From positions 832,001-896,000 of the forward strand of contig CAVZDU010000001.1 of NCBI GenBank assembly GCA_963774265.1: DNA of 64,000 bases. The letters are read 5' to 3'. This document shows, piece after piece, positions 52,360-63,071 of the stretch. The stretch comes from an uncultured Chloroflexia bacterium. Lineage in GTDB: Bacteria; Chloroflexota; Anaerolineae; CG2-30-64-16. A model generated the notes under the pieces. The model saw only the letters and a program-made list of their open reading frames with translations, was not told the DNA's origin and ran no database searches. A program made the translations under genes and the position numbers. Each line of letters opens with the position of its first letter. Position 1 is the first letter of the stretch.

Positions 52360-55200
52360 ATGGCAACGAAGTACATTCCGCAGGACATCGAACCGAAGTG
52401 GCGTCAGGCTTGGGCCGAGAGCGGCCTATATGTGACGCGCCAGGTTGCTGACCGGCAGAAGTTTTACTTCCTTACCATGCTCCCCTACCCGTCCGGCGAC
52501 CTGCACATCGGCCATTGGTACGCGATGACGCCATCTGACGCAGGGGCGCGCTACCGGCGCATGAAGGGCTACAACGTCTTCTTCCCCATCGGATTCGATG
52601 CGTTCGGCCTGCCCGCGGAGAATGCGGCGATCCGGCACGGGATACACCCGTACACGTGGACCATGTCCAACATCGAGAAGATGCGCGGGCAACTGCGCAC
52701 CATGGGCGCGATGTGGTCCTGGGAGCATGAGGCGGTTTCCTGTGAGCCGGAGTACTACAAATGGTCACAGTGGTTCTTTCTGAAGCTGTATGACCATGGC
52801 CTGGCTTATCGCAAGAAGAGCCCGGTCGACTTTTGCCCAACGTGCAACACCACGCTGGCTCGCGAACAGGTCGTCGGCGATGAGCGCCGCTGCGAGCGCT
52901 GCGATTCGCCGGTCGAGCGCCGGCTGCTCGAACAGTGGTACTTCAAGATCACGGCTTATGCCGAGGAGCTGAAGCGCTTCGATGGCATCGAGTGGCCCGA
53001 GCGCATTCGCCAGGCGCAGTTGAACTGGATCGGAGATCGCAGCGAGGGCGCCGAGGTGGTGTTCAGGACCGAGCAGGACGATGAGATCGTCATCTTCACC
53101 ACCCGCCCCGACACGCTGTGGGGGGCGACGTTCATGGTGTTGGCGCCCGAGCATCCGCTCGTCGACAAGCTGACACCCGCGTCACACCGTGAGGGGGTCA
53201 AGGCTTATCAGTTCCAGGCCGGCAGGCAGACCGAGATAGAACGGGGCACGGCTGAACGCGAAAAGACGGGCGTTGCCATCGGCGCATACGCGGTCAACCC
53301 GGTGAACGGGAAACGCGTTCCGATCTGGATCGCGGACTATGTGACCATGTCCTATGGCACGGGCGCGATTATGGGCGTGCCCTCCCATGATGAGCGCGAC
53401 TTTGCGTTTGCGCTGAAGTTCGGGCTGCCCATCATCCCTGTTATCGACCGCACGGACGGTCGGGCAAAGAGCGCTGTTTGGGATGGCTCAGTTGCGGATG
53501 ACTTCGGCGATGAACTGACCGCAGCCGGGATCAAGTGGAGCCGGATCGAAATTGCCGACCGGGGCAGCTTCTTTGCGGCGGAATTGGCAGGCGAGGGCCA
53601 GGTTCATGTTTATCGGGATGTGCTGCGGGCGCACCTGATGCCGGGCCACTGGGCCGACATCGTGGGGCTGGGTTGGCAGGTCGTGTTCCCCGACGGCGCC
53701 ATGACGCTCGACTCGGCTGAAGCAGATGCGGCGATCATCGCCCGGTGCCACGCCGGCTACGACCTGATGCGCCAGTATCGCACAACGATGGAGATGTGGC
53801 ACGCGGTCGAGTGGTATCGCGATGTGCTGTATCATCACGAATATGGAGAGATGATCAACTCCGGCCCGTTCACCGGCACGCCGGGCGCGATTGCGAAAGC
53901 GAAAGTGACCGAATGGCTGGCGGAGCGAGGCATCGGCAAGTTCGACATCCAGTACAAGCTACACGATTGGCTGATCAGCCGGCAGCGCTACTGGGGCGCG
54001 CCGATCCCGATGATTTACTGCGAGCAGTGCGGCATCCAGCCGGAGAAATATGAGAACCTGCCGGTTCTCCTGCCGACGGATGCGCAAATTCCGCCCACGG
54101 GCGAGAATGCGTTGAAGTTCCATCAAGGCTATCTGAAGACGACTTGTCCGAAATGTGGTGGGCCTGCACGCCGCGAGACCGACACCATGGATACGTTTAT
54201 GTGCTCGTCATGGTACCAGTACGCCTATGTCTCGCCTTATTGGAAGACGGGCGAAATGCTGAGCGCAGATGACACACCGTGGGATCCGGAGGCAGGGAAG
54301 TACTGGCTGCCGGTGGATCAATACACCGGTGGGCACGAACACGCGACGATGCACTTGCTGTATACGCGGTTCTTCACGAAAGCGCTGGCTGACATGGGCG
54401 TGGTCGACTTTCGTGAGCCAATGCTGAGGTTGTTCAACCAGGGCATTATCCTTGGGGGGGATGGTCTCCGCATGAGCAAGAGCCGCGGCAACGTGGTGGC
54501 GCCTGACGCTTATGTGGAGCGCTACGGCGCGGATACGGTACGCGCCTATCTGATGTTTATTGGTCCATGGGACGCAGGCGGACCGTGGAACTTCACCGGC
54601 ATCGAAGGCGTGCGCCGCTTCCTGGAACGTGTCTGGGCCGTGGTGACTGAGCCGCGACACGCCAGGTCTGCCGGGGAAGAACTGGCGGGACAGGTTCGCG
54701 AGCTGCGCCACATGACGCACAAGACGCTGAAGAAGGTCACCGAGGACATCGAAGAGTTCAAGTGGAACACGGTCGTCAGCGCCCTGATGGAGTTCAATAA
54801 TCACCTGGTTAAGGCCAGGGACACGGCCGTGGTGGGGGACCCAGCGTGGGCCGAGGCGATCGACATGTTGCTGCTGATGATGGCCCCGGCGATGCCGCAC
54901 ATCGCTGAGGAGCTGTGGCAGGCGCAGCACGGACGAGGGGCGTTCTCGGCCGAGAAGAGCATTCATGTCCACCCGTGGCCGGATTACGATCCTGAGCTGG
55001 CCAAGGCCGACCTCGTCACGCTGGTGGTGCAGGTGAACGGCAAGGTGCGCGATCGTATCGAAGCGCCTGCTGGGATCACGGAAGACCAGGCACGGGAACT
55101 GGCCCTGGCGAGTCCTCTGGTGCAGAAGTGGTTCGAGGGCAAGCAGGTGCGCAAGGTGATCTTCGCCGGCGGCAAATTGATCAATATCGTAGTGGGGTGA
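52360..55200 (+). CDS. leuS: Leucine--tRNA ligase (with an extra inserted segment of about 110 aa)
   Basis: MLPYPSGDLHIGH, GFDAFGLPAENAA, FTTRPDTL, GTGAIMGVPSHD, DWLISRQRYWG, ETDTMDTF, HLLYTRF, RMSKS, VQVNGK. Confidence 0.98.
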   Translation: MATKYIPQDIEPKWRQAWAESGLYVTRQVADRQKFYFLTMLPYPSGDLHIGHWYAMTPSDAGARYRRMKGYNVFFPIGFDAFGLPAENAAIRHGIHPYTWTMSNIEKMRGQLRTMGAMWSWEHEAVSCEPEYYKWSQWFFLKLYDHGLAYRKKSPVDFCPTCNTTLAREQVVGDERRCERCDSPVERRLLEQWYFKITAYAEELKRFDGIEWPERIRQAQLNWIGDRSEGAEVVFRTEQDDEIVIFTTRPDTLWGATFMVLAPEHPLVDKLTPASHREGVKAYQFQAGRQTEIERGTAEREKTGVAIGAYAVNPVNGKRVPIWIADYVTMSYGTGAIMGVPSHDERDFAFALKFGLPIIPVIDRTDGRAKSAVWDGSVADDFGDELTAAGIKWSRIEIADRGSFFAAELAGEGQVHVYRDVLRAHLMPGHWADIVGLGWQVVFPDGAMTLDSAEADAAIIARCHAGYDLMRQYRTTMEMWHAVEWYRDVLYHHEYGEMINSGPFTGTPGAIAKAKVTEWLAERGIGKFDIQYKLHDWLISRQRYWGAPIPMIYCEQCGIQPEKYENLPVLLPTDAQIPPTGENALKFHQGYLKTTCPKCGGPARRETDTMDTFMCSSWYQYAYVSPYWKTGEMLSADDTPWDPEAGKYWLPVDQYTGGHEHATMHLLYTRFFTKALADMGVVDFREPMLRLFNQGIILGGDGLRMSKSRGNVVAPDAYVERYGADTVRAYLMFIGPWDAGGPWNFTGIEGVRRFLERVWAVVTEPRHARSAGEELAGQVRELRHMTHKTLKKVTEDIEEFKWNTVVSALMEFNNHLVKARDTAVVGDPAWAEAIDMLLLMMAPAMPHIAEELWQAQHGRGAFSAEKSIHVHPWPDYDPELAKADLVTLVVQVNGKVRDRIEAPAGITEDQARELALASPLVQKWFEGKQVRKVIFAGGKLINIVVG

Positions 55201-55206
55201 TTCGAG

Positions 55207-55238
55207 CACCCGGCGTCGGTAGACGCCGGGTGTTTTTT
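55207..55238 (+). terminator. Intrinsic terminator after leuS
   Basis: CACCCGGCGTC-ggta-GACGCCGGGTG followed by TTTTTT. Confidence 0.88.
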
Positions 55239-55256
55239 CAATATTGGGAGGTGCAT

Positions 55257-55640
55257 ATGCGCGAAACGATCAACACCTCGGCCGCACCGGCGGCTATCGG
55301 TCCGTACAGCCAGGCAATTCGTGCGGGCGACTTCGTCTTTACCTCAGGCCAGATCGGTCTCGATCCTTCGAGCGGAAAACTGGTCGAGGGCATCGAGGCG
55401 CAGACGCACCTGGTGCTCAACAACCTGCGGGCCGTGCTCGGGGCTGCAGGCGCAAGCTTCGCAGACGTCGTGAAGACGACGATATTCCTCGTTAACATGG
55501 CGGACTTTCAAACGGTGAATGTCATCTATGCGGCGGAGTTTGGCGCAGATCCGCCGGCGCGTGCTACAGTGCAGGTGGCAGCCTTGCCGCGTCACGCGTT
55601 GGTCGAGATCGAAGTGGTGGCGCACGCACCAAAACGCTGA
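55257..55640 (+). CDS. ridA: RidA family reactive-intermediate deaminase
   Basis: APAAIGPYSQA, SGQIG, VVKTTIFL, PPARATV, LVEIE; GGAGG RBS. Confidence 0.94.
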   Translation: MRETINTSAAPAAIGPYSQAIRAGDFVFTSGQIGLDPSSGKLVEGIEAQTHLVLNNLRAVLGAAGASFADVVKTTIFLVNMADFQTVNVIYAAEFGADPPARATVQVAALPRHALVEIEVVAHAPKR

Positions 55641-55802
55641 GGTCATTATCCGAGGCATGGCCCGCAACGGCGCCTGGCGATGAATCGCCAGGCTGCCACA
55701 CCGTGATCTCGCTTTGCTTCGCGCACGCGCTGGCACTTGCGCGTTGGAAGTTACTCCGGTATAATTTTCTCAGTCTTTGTTGGAGGGGGAGTCATTATTC
55801 TC

Positions 55803-57029
55803 ATGAAGATGCACAAGGCGCTGCAGTCCGCCCAGCCTGCAGCCGAGCCGAACCCCATGGACGCCCTGCCGCTAGACGCGTTGACATTCTCGCAATTGCG
55901 GCAAGGCGACACAGTGGAAGGCACCATCGTCAGCATCAGCCCCAATCAACTCCTTGTTGCCATCCCGTATAAAGCGGACGCCATCGTCGATCCGCGGGAA
56001 CTGGAGCGATTGGGGAAAGAGTTCCTCGACACCATCGCAGTCGGCGATGTCATTTCCGCTGTCGTGGTGCAGCCGGAGGATCGCGACGGAAACGTCGTCA
56101 TTTCGATGGCGCGCGCCCAGCAGGAGCAGGATTGGCGTCAGGCTGAGGAACTATTCCAGTCACAAGACGTCTTTGAAGGTGTGGTCACTGGTTACAACCG
56201 TGGCGGCATCATCATCCGGGTGGGGCGCGTGCGTGGCTTTGTCCCTGCCTCGCAGCTTTCCGCTCGATGGCAGGCGCAGCAGGACGGGGAAGGTGACCCG
56301 GAGCAGCGGTGGGCCCGGTTGGTTGGCCAGTCGATGCAACTGAAGGTCGTTGAGTTGGATCGGCTTCGCAACCGGCTGATTCTTTCCGAGCGAGCTGCCA
56401 TGCGTGACTGGCGCAAGAATCAGAAGGACCGGCTGCTGTCAACCCTTAACAAAGGCGATGTCCTTAAGGGCATCGTAACCAGCATCGCCGATTTCGGCGC
56501 ATTTGTCGACCTCGGCGGCGCGGATGGCCTCATTCACCTCTCCGAGTTGGCCTGGCACCGGGTGGAACATCCACGCGATGTCTTGCGGGTTGGCCAGGAG
56601 ATCGAGGTCTACGTGATGAACGTAGACGAAGAGCGCAAGCGTATCGGCTTGAGCCTGCGTCGTCTCAGCCCGGAGCCATGGACTGTGGTGGCGGACCGGT
56701 ATGTAGTCGGCCAGGTCCTCACTGCACAGATAACCCGGCTGGCCGCGTTCGGCGCCTTCGCCAAAATGGACGATGCTATCGAGGGACTGATCCACATCTC
56801 TGAGATGGCGGATTATCGCATCAATCATCCCAAGGAGATCGTGCAGGAAGGCGATGAAGTGCAGGTCCGGGTGATTCGCATCGATCCGCAGCATCGGCGC
56901 ATCGGTCTGAGTCTCCGCCAAGCCTCCGAAGACGCGTATGTCGATTGGCAGGCTAACGAAGCTGATCAAGAAGTCGAACTGGCGCTGGAAGGTGTGGCAT
57001 CTGAGGAGCTTCCGGTCGAGAATATGTAG
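55803..57029 (+). CDS. rpsA: 30S ribosomal protein S1 (four S1 domains)
   Basis: [52 protein letters not shown] repeats. Confidence 0.9.
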   Translation: MKMHKALQSAQPAAEPNPMDALPLDALTFSQLRQGDTVEGTIVSISPNQLLVAIPYKADAIVDPRELERLGKEFLDTIAVGDVISAVVVQPEDRDGNVVISMARAQQEQDWRQAEELFQSQDVFEGVVTGYNRGGIIIRVGRVRGFVPASQLSARWQAQQDGEGDPEQRWARLVGQSMQLKVVELDRLRNRLILSERAAMRDWRKNQKDRLLSTLNKGDVLKGIVTSIADFGAFVDLGGADGLIHLSELAWHRVEHPRDVLRVGQEIEVYVMNVDEERKRIGLSLRRLSPEPWTVVADRYVVGQVLTAQITRLAAFGAFAKMDDAIEGLIHISEMADYRINHPKEIVQEGDEVQVRVIRIDPQHRRIGLSLRQASEDAYVDWQANEADQEVELALEGVASEELPVENM

Positions 57030-57190
57030 TTGCCGGCGGGCAACAGTGTGGTGATATCTTGCTACCCGATGGGGCGGAGGCACTTGGTGCTCTCCGCCCT
57101 TCCTATTTCGTTTCCGGGTGATGGCGCCCGTTTGCATAGACAGCCGGACCAGGTCAAGGGAACCCGGCTTACGACACCCCTTTTGGTCTG

Positions 57191-57199
57191 TGCTATAAT
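57191..57199 (+). promoter_or_regulatory. Extended -10 promoter upstream of clpC
   Basis: TGcTATAAT about 90 bp before the start. Confidence 0.6.
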
Positions 57200-57286
57200 T
57201 CATAGTGTGCGGATGTGTGACCATGGGTGGGTAACAGCGAATCGTGGGACGGATGACACGCAGATGCTGCGTGAAGGATGAGGACA

Positions 57287-59785
57287 ATGGTGGAAAAACT
57301 AGACCGATTCACAAAACATGCACGCCAGGTGCTGCAGATAGCTCAGGAAGAGGCTTTACGCCTGAACCACAACTACGTGGGCACGGAGCATCTGCTGCTG
57401 GGCCTGGCCAAAGAAGAAAATGGGCTGGCATCCAAGGTTTTGCGGGAGGTAGGCGCAACCCCGGCGGAAGTCGTCCGCCAGGTTGAGCGCATGGCGCCCC
57501 GTAACCCACGACCGCCATTTGGCAAGCCGACGTTGACCCCACGCACAAAGCGTGTTATCGAGTTAGCTGTTGAAGAAGCTCGCCAGATGGGACACCCCTA
57601 CATCGGGACAGAACACCTGCTGCTTGGCCTGGTGCGTGAGGATGAAGGTATCGCGGCTGAGGTGTTGCGCAGTGTGGGCGCGAGCCTGGACAAAATCCGG
57701 CAGCAGACCACGCGCACGATTCTGGAGAACCAACTCCAGGAGAAGTCAACCAAGAAGCGTGAGAGCAAGACTCCGCTCACCGATCAATTAGGGTTTGACC
57801 TGACTGCACGCGCCGAGGAGGGCAAGCTGGATCCTGTGATTGGCCGCGAGAAGGAAATCGAGCGGGTCATCCAGATCCTGAGCCGCCGCACCAAGAATAA
57901 TCCTGCGCTCATCGGCGAACCCGGTGTGGGCAAGACGGCCATCGTCGAGGGGTTAGCGCAACGCATCATAGACGGTGACGTGCCCGAAACCCTGATCGAC
58001 AAGCGAGTACTGATGCTTGATGTGGGCTCCCTGGTCGCGGGCACCATGTATCGCGGCCAATTCGAAGAGCGCATGAAGAAGGTGATCGAGGAGATCACCA
58101 ACTCGGATGCCATTCTGTTCATCGACGAGGTGCACATGCTGGTGGGCGCGGGCTCGGCCGGCAGCAGCGTGGACGCAGCGAACCTGCTTAAGCCTGCGCT
58201 GGCCCGCGGCGAGCTCCAGTGCATCGGGGCTACGACCCTGGATGAGTACCGGAAGTACATCGAAGGTGACGCCTCGCTCGAACGCCGCTTCCAGCCTGTC
58301 CTGGTGGACGAACCGACGATTGAGCAGACTATTGAGATTTTGAAGGGCGTGCGCAAGATGTACGAGGCGCATCACCAGCTCAAGATCGGGGATGATGCAC
58401 TGCAGGCCGCGGCCCGGTTGTCGGCCCGTTACGTGCCTGATCGGTTCCTCCCTGACAAGGCCATCGATTTGATGGACGAGGCGGCCAGCCGCGTCCGCAT
58501 GTATAAGGTGCCTTACGCCACGACCCTGCGCGACACGTTCCGTGAGCTCAAGACGACGCAGAAGGCCAAGGAAGAGGCTGTCGAAGCAAAGCGCTACGAC
58601 GATGCATTGGATCTGCGCCATCACGAGATTGAACTCGAACGGCAACTGGAACAGCTCCGCAAGGGCTGGCAGGAGGCCGCACCGCAACCGACCGTCACCG
58701 AGGACGACATTGCTGAGGTCGTCGGCATGTGGACAGGGATTCCCATGATTCGCCTGGTGGGCGAAGAGACCGCGCGCCTGTTGGAGATGGAGGACTACCT
58801 GCACAAACGGGTGGTTGGCCAGGATGAGCCCGTCCAAGCGATCGCACGGGCCGTGCGTCGCGCGCGTACTGGCTTGAAAGACCCGAGGCGTCCCATCGGC
58901 ACCTTTATGTTCCTTGGGCCCACGGGTGTCGGCAAGACCTTGCTGGCAAAGAGCCTGGCGGAGTTCTTGTTTGGCTCCGAAGATGCGCTCATCAAGCTCG
59001 ACATGAGCGAATTCATGGAACGGCATAACGTGAGTCGCCTGGTTGGTGCGCCGCCCGGCTACGTGGGTTATGAAGAGGGCGGCCAGCTCAGTGAGGCAGT
59101 GCGCCGGCGTCCCTACTCGGTGGTGCTGCTGGACGAGATCGAGAAGGCCCATCCCGAGGTCTTCAATATGCTCCTCCAGATCATGGAAGACGGCAGCCTG
59201 TCTGATGCGAAGGGCCGGCGGATTGACTTCCGCAACGCGATCTTGATCATGACCTCGAACGTGGGGGCTAATCTGATCAAGCACGGCGGTGCGTTGGGAT
59301 TTGCGACCAGCCGCGACGATGCCGCGCGCCAGGAGGATGAATACCAGGTGATGCGGGATCGGGTGACGGAGGCTCTGAAGCGCACCTTCCGGCCGGAGTT
59401 TCTCAACCGGTTGGACGGCACGATGGTGTTCCGCAGCCTGACCAAGGAACAGATCAGCGAGATCGTCGGGCTGGAGCTGCGGCGGGTCAACGAGCAGCTG
59501 GTCGAGCAGAACGTCACATTGGAGATCGCAGACGAGGTCAAGGCTTACCTGGCGGATGAAGGGTATGACGTCGAGTATGGCGCGCGGCCGCTCCGTCGCC
59601 TTATCCAGGACAAGCTGGAAGATCGCCTGAGCGAGGCGCTGCTGAGCGGTGAGATCCAGTCCGGCAGCCGGGTGAAGATCACCCTGGGGGCCAATAACGA
59701 ATTGGAGCTCAACGTGGAGCGCGCCGTCACCATCGCGCCTCCGCCCCCCCTGCTGGCCGAAACGACGGAAGAACTGGCGAACTAA
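57287..59785 (+). CDS. clpC: ATP-dependent Clp protease ATP-binding subunit ClpC
   Basis: Two Clp-N repeats (GTEHLLLGL), [17 protein letters not shown]-like middle domain, [29 protein letters not shown]. Confidence 0.96.
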   Translation: MVEKLDRFTKHARQVLQIAQEEALRLNHNYVGTEHLLLGLAKEENGLASKVLREVGATPAEVVRQVERMAPRNPRPPFGKPTLTPRTKRVIELAVEEARQMGHPYIGTEHLLLGLVREDEGIAAEVLRSVGASLDKIRQQTTRTILENQLQEKSTKKRESKTPLTDQLGFDLTARAEEGKLDPVIGREKEIERVIQILSRRTKNNPALIGEPGVGKTAIVEGLAQRIIDGDVPETLIDKRVLMLDVGSLVAGTMYRGQFEERMKKVIEEITNSDAILFIDEVHMLVGAGSAGSSVDAANLLKPALARGELQCIGATTLDEYRKYIEGDASLERRFQPVLVDEPTIEQTIEILKGVRKMYEAHHQLKIGDDALQAAARLSARYVPDRFLPDKAIDLMDEAASRVRMYKVPYATTLRDTFRELKTTQKAKEEAVEAKRYDDALDLRHHEIELERQLEQLRKGWQEAAPQPTVTEDDIAEVVGMWTGIPMIRLVGEETARLLEMEDYLHKRVVGQDEPVQAIARAVRRARTGLKDPRRPIGTFMFLGPTGVGKTLLAKSLAEFLFGSEDALIKLDMSEFMERHNVSRLVGAPPGYVGYEEGGQLSEAVRRRPYSVVLLDEIEKAHPEVFNMLLQIMEDGSLSDAKGRRIDFRNAILIMTSNVGANLIKHGGALGFATSRDDAARQEDEYQVMRDRVTEALKRTFRPEFLNRLDGTMVFRSLTKEQISEIVGLELRRVNEQLVEQNVTLEIADEVKAYLADEGYDVEYGARPLRRLIQDKLEDRLSEALLSGEIQSGSRVKITLGANNELELNVERAVTIAPPPPLLAETTEELAN

Positions 59786-59807
59786 GCGGGCGGTTCCTGG
59801 TTGACTG

Positions 59808-59839
59808 ACAGCCGCGTGTCACCTGCACGCGGCTGTTTT
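59808..59839 (+). terminator. Probable intrinsic terminator after clpC
   Basis: ACAGCCGCGTG ... CACGCGGCTGT followed by TTT. Confidence 0.7.
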
Positions 59840-59917
59840 GTGTGGCGATGGAGCGTTTGACGCCTCGGCGGCGTCACCAATGCGATCACGTCTTTATGCT
59901 GCGAAAGAGGTTCTGCA

Positions 59918-61617
59918 TGATGCGCAAGGCTTGCAGGCGACAGACCCGGGTGTGTTTGGTTCTTGCACTGCTCGCGCTGCTCCTCAACCTGGTGCCCGGG
60001 AACGCACCTGTTCGAGCGCAGACGCTCAGCCCCGAATTTGCCCCGGGTCAAGTTCTGATCGGGTGGCAGGTGGGAGAAGGCCCCGTGCCTGTGGTGCCGC
60101 GCAAGGTGGACATGTTGGCGCCGGACCAAAACGATCCGATCCGGCAGACCGCCGTGCGGGAGATCAGCCGCCTCACAGGACTGACCGTCCTGCGAGCCGC
60201 ACCGGAATACGGGATTGCGCGGCTGGCGGTGAAGGCCGGCGCCGAAGCGGCGGAAATCGCGCGGCTGCAGGCGTTGCCTTGGGTTCGTTACGCCGAGCCG
60301 AACTACTATGTGTACGCCGCGGGCGAGACCCTGATCCCCAATGACCCTGATTACCCTAAGCAGTGGAACATGGATCGCGTGGCCGCGCCGGTTGCCTGGG
60401 CGGTAGCGCGCGGGAGCTTCTCATTCATCGTAGCAGTTCTCGACACCGGCGTGGCGCAGAGTCATCCTGAGTTTGCCGGTAAGCTGCTTCCCGGTAAGGA
60501 TTATGTTAACAGCCCTGACACTGATGGCCCGGAAGACGACGATCCAACCAGCCATGGCACCCATGTAACAGGCATCATCGCGGCAGGTTTCGATAACGGA
60601 CAAGGGGTGGCGGGGTTGGCGCCCGATGTCAAGGTGCTGCCGCTCAAGGTTCTGAATAACAACCGGACCGGATTCATCGATGACATCGCGGAGGCGATAC
60701 AGTATGCGGCTGACTACGGTGCGCAGGTCATTAACCTCAGCCTGACTACGTCTGCTTCGTCTACGACTTTGCAGACTGCCGTTAACTACGCGCTGGGAAA
60801 GGGGAGGCTGATCGTCGCGGCCGCAGGCAATCTCGCGCAGCCCCAGTACGGCAACCCGATCCTGTATCCCGCCGCGTATCCTGACGTGCTGGCGGTGGCA
60901 GCCAGTGACTATTTCGACGGTGCAGCGTCGTATTCGGAACATCATTCCTACGTTGACCTGGCTGCGCCCGGCGGCATGGGCACGTCGGCTGCGGCCATTT
61001 ACAGTACGACACGATCCTCTTACGGCTATCAGAGCGGCACGTCGATGAGCACGCCGATGGTGTCTGCGGCTGCGGCGTTGGTGTGGATCTTGAAACCGGC
61101 AGCGACTCATCAAGAAGTGGCGGACATCCTGAAGAACACAGCCGACAAGGTCGGCACCGACCCATCCGGACAGCCTCTCTCCTATGAGACCGGGCGGAAT
61201 GACTATTTCGGGTTCGGACGGCTGAACGTCGGGTGGGCCGTGCGTGCGGTGTATCCACCATCGCTGACGACGAATGCCGGCCCCCAGTCGTTCCTATTGG
61301 GAGAACCGCTGACGACACAGTCTCGCATGATCGAGATCACGAATCCCAGCAACCGGGGCGTGTCGTGGCAGGCTACGGTGCTGGGCGCTGACTGGCTTTC
61401 CGTCACGCCGGGCTTCGGCACGTCCCTGTACAGCGTGCCCGGTTATCTCACACTGACGGCCGAGTTGGGAGAGCTCACGCCAGCCACTTACAGTGGACTC
61501 GTGCGGGTGCAGCCGCTCGACCCGGCAGACCTGCCAGGCTTCGAGATCTTGGTCCAATTGCGCGTCGTCGAATCAGTCAGCCTCTTGTATTTGCCGTTCG
61601 CCCGGGCTGCGCCGTGA
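59918..61617 (+). CDS. Secreted S8 (subtilisin-like) serine peptidase with C-terminal BACON-like domain
   Basis: Signal peptide; VAVLDTG, HGTHVTG, AAAGN, SGTSMSTP catalytic motifs; WLSVTP; C-terminal LYLP motif; exact start uncertain. Confidence 0.9.
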
Positions 61618-61632
61618 AGATGGCCCACATTT

Positions 61633-61667
61633 CAGGTGCCCGGCACTTGCCAAGTGCCGGGCACCTG
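61633..61667. repeat. REP-like palindrome, copy 3 (CAGGTGCCCGGCACTT-gcc-AAGTGCCGGGCACCTG)
   Basis: Perfect 16-bp inverted repeat whose arms are themselves near-palindromic; about 15 bp after the S8 stop. Confidence 0.85.
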
Positions 61668-61684
61668 GGGCACAATCTCAGTTG

Positions 61685-63031
61685 ATGAGCCATCATGTGT
61701 TTCCGCGCTGTCGATTGTGGATGGGCTGCCTGCTCGCAGCGGTGATGCTCGTGTTTGGGGCAGCCGGCTGCGGGGCGCCAGCCACGGCCACGCCAGCACC
61801 CGTCAAAACCCCCACGCCTTCGCCGAGCGCACCCCGGCCCACGGCCGCTCCCACTTCAGCCGGCGCGGCCACGGATGGCGTGCTGACCTTGACCTGGTGG
61901 GCGCCGGAGTTCATGAGTCCGGAGGCGCCACAGCCCGCCGGCCCGTTGGTTGTGGAACAACTCGATGCGTTCAGCCTAACCCAGGGGGGCAAAGTGCGCG
62001 TCCAGGTCGAGCGAAAGGCGCGTTACGGCAAAGGCGGGCTGCTAGATTTCCTTCGCACGGCACAGCCCGTAGCGTCCAGCGTCCTGCCCGACCTGGTGGC
62101 CCTGGACGTGGCTGAGTTAGAGGGAGCGGTTGCGGCGGGCGTCTTACAGCCCCTCGCCTCACTCTTGGATGATGCGATCACCGAGGGCATGTATCCGTTT
62201 GCCGTGGAAGCGGGGCAATTGGACGGGCAGCTCTATGCAGTGCAATTTTTGAGCGACTTCGATCATGCAGTCTATCTGCCTTCGCAGGTGGCTGAGCTAC
62301 CGACCCAATGGTCGGACATCCTTACCCGGCAGACGGCTTACCTTTTTCCGCTTGCATCTTTGCAGGGTGGCGCCAGTGCGCGGCCTTCAGAGGCCTTGTC
62401 CCGCGCGATCTTGAGCCAATATCTGTCGGCCGGCGCGACGTTTGGATCGGATCGCCGCCTAGTGCTGGAGGCGCAGCCACTGCTGAACCTGCTCACGTTC
62501 TACGAGAATGGCGTGAAGGCCGGCTTGCTCCCGCCGAGCGCACAGGAGTTGGCCGATGGCGAGGCGGTGTGGGGTGTCTTCTCACAGGGCAAAGTCCCCC
62601 TGGCTTATGCGAGCGCGAGGCGTTTTTGGACGGGAAACGCGACGCTGAATGCGGGTTTCGCCCCTGCGCCCGGAATGACAGGGCCAGCAACGCCGATTGC
62701 CGGCGGTTGGGCCCTTGCCGTGGTGACCACCGATCCACAGCGACAGCGCGCCGCCGCCAATCTGATCGCCTGGTTGCTGAAACCCGACAACGCCAGCGCC
62801 TGGTCCACCGCGTTGGGGTGGTTGCCGACGTCGCCCGAGGCCGTGCAGATGCTCGACGATGGCCCGTACCGGGATTTCCTGGACGCACAACTATCCGCTG
62901 CGCGTGGGCTGCCCGCCGGATCGAACTATGCGACCAGCGCCGCGCGCATCCAGGCTGCGGTCCTGTCCGTGGTGAAGGGTGAGAGCGATGCTGCCACGGC
63001 GACTAATACCGCAATCAACGCACAACCCTAG
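61685..63031 (+). CDS. Extracellular solute-binding lipoprotein (family 1-like)
   Basis: Lipobox AAGC, Pro/Thr linker, LTWW, LPDLVAL, DGQLYAV, GWALAV. Confidence 0.75.
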   Translation: MSHHVFPRCRLWMGCLLAAVMLVFGAAGCGAPATATPAPVKTPTPSPSAPRPTAAPTSAGAATDGVLTLTWWAPEFMSPEAPQPAGPLVVEQLDAFSLTQGGKVRVQVERKARYGKGGLLDFLRTAQPVASSVLPDLVALDVAELEGAVAAGVLQPLASLLDDAITEGMYPFAVEAGQLDGQLYAVQFLSDFDHAVYLPSQVAELPTQWSDILTRQTAYLFPLASLQGGASARPSEALSRAILSQYLSAGATFGSDRRLVLEAQPLLNLLTFYENGVKAGLLPPSAQELADGEAVWGVFSQGKVPLAYASARRFWTGNATLNAGFAPAPGMTGPATPIAGGWALAVVTTDPQRQRAAANLIAWLLKPDNASAWSTALGWLPTSPEAVQMLDDGPYRDFLDAQLSAARGLPAGSNYATSAARIQAAVLSVVKGESDAATATNTAINAQP

Positions 63032-63071
63032 CGCAAGCTTGCACCTACCGCGGCCGTGATGGGGAAGCAGG

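Noticed and set aside
52259-52360. T-box leader for leuS
   Set aside because: Only about 100 bp, no AAGGTGGTACC-like T-box; the hairpin is best explained as the tRNA terminator
53446-53840. Intein in leuS
   Set aside because: No Cys/Ser N-terminal block, no His-Asn C-terminus and no LAGLIDADG motifs
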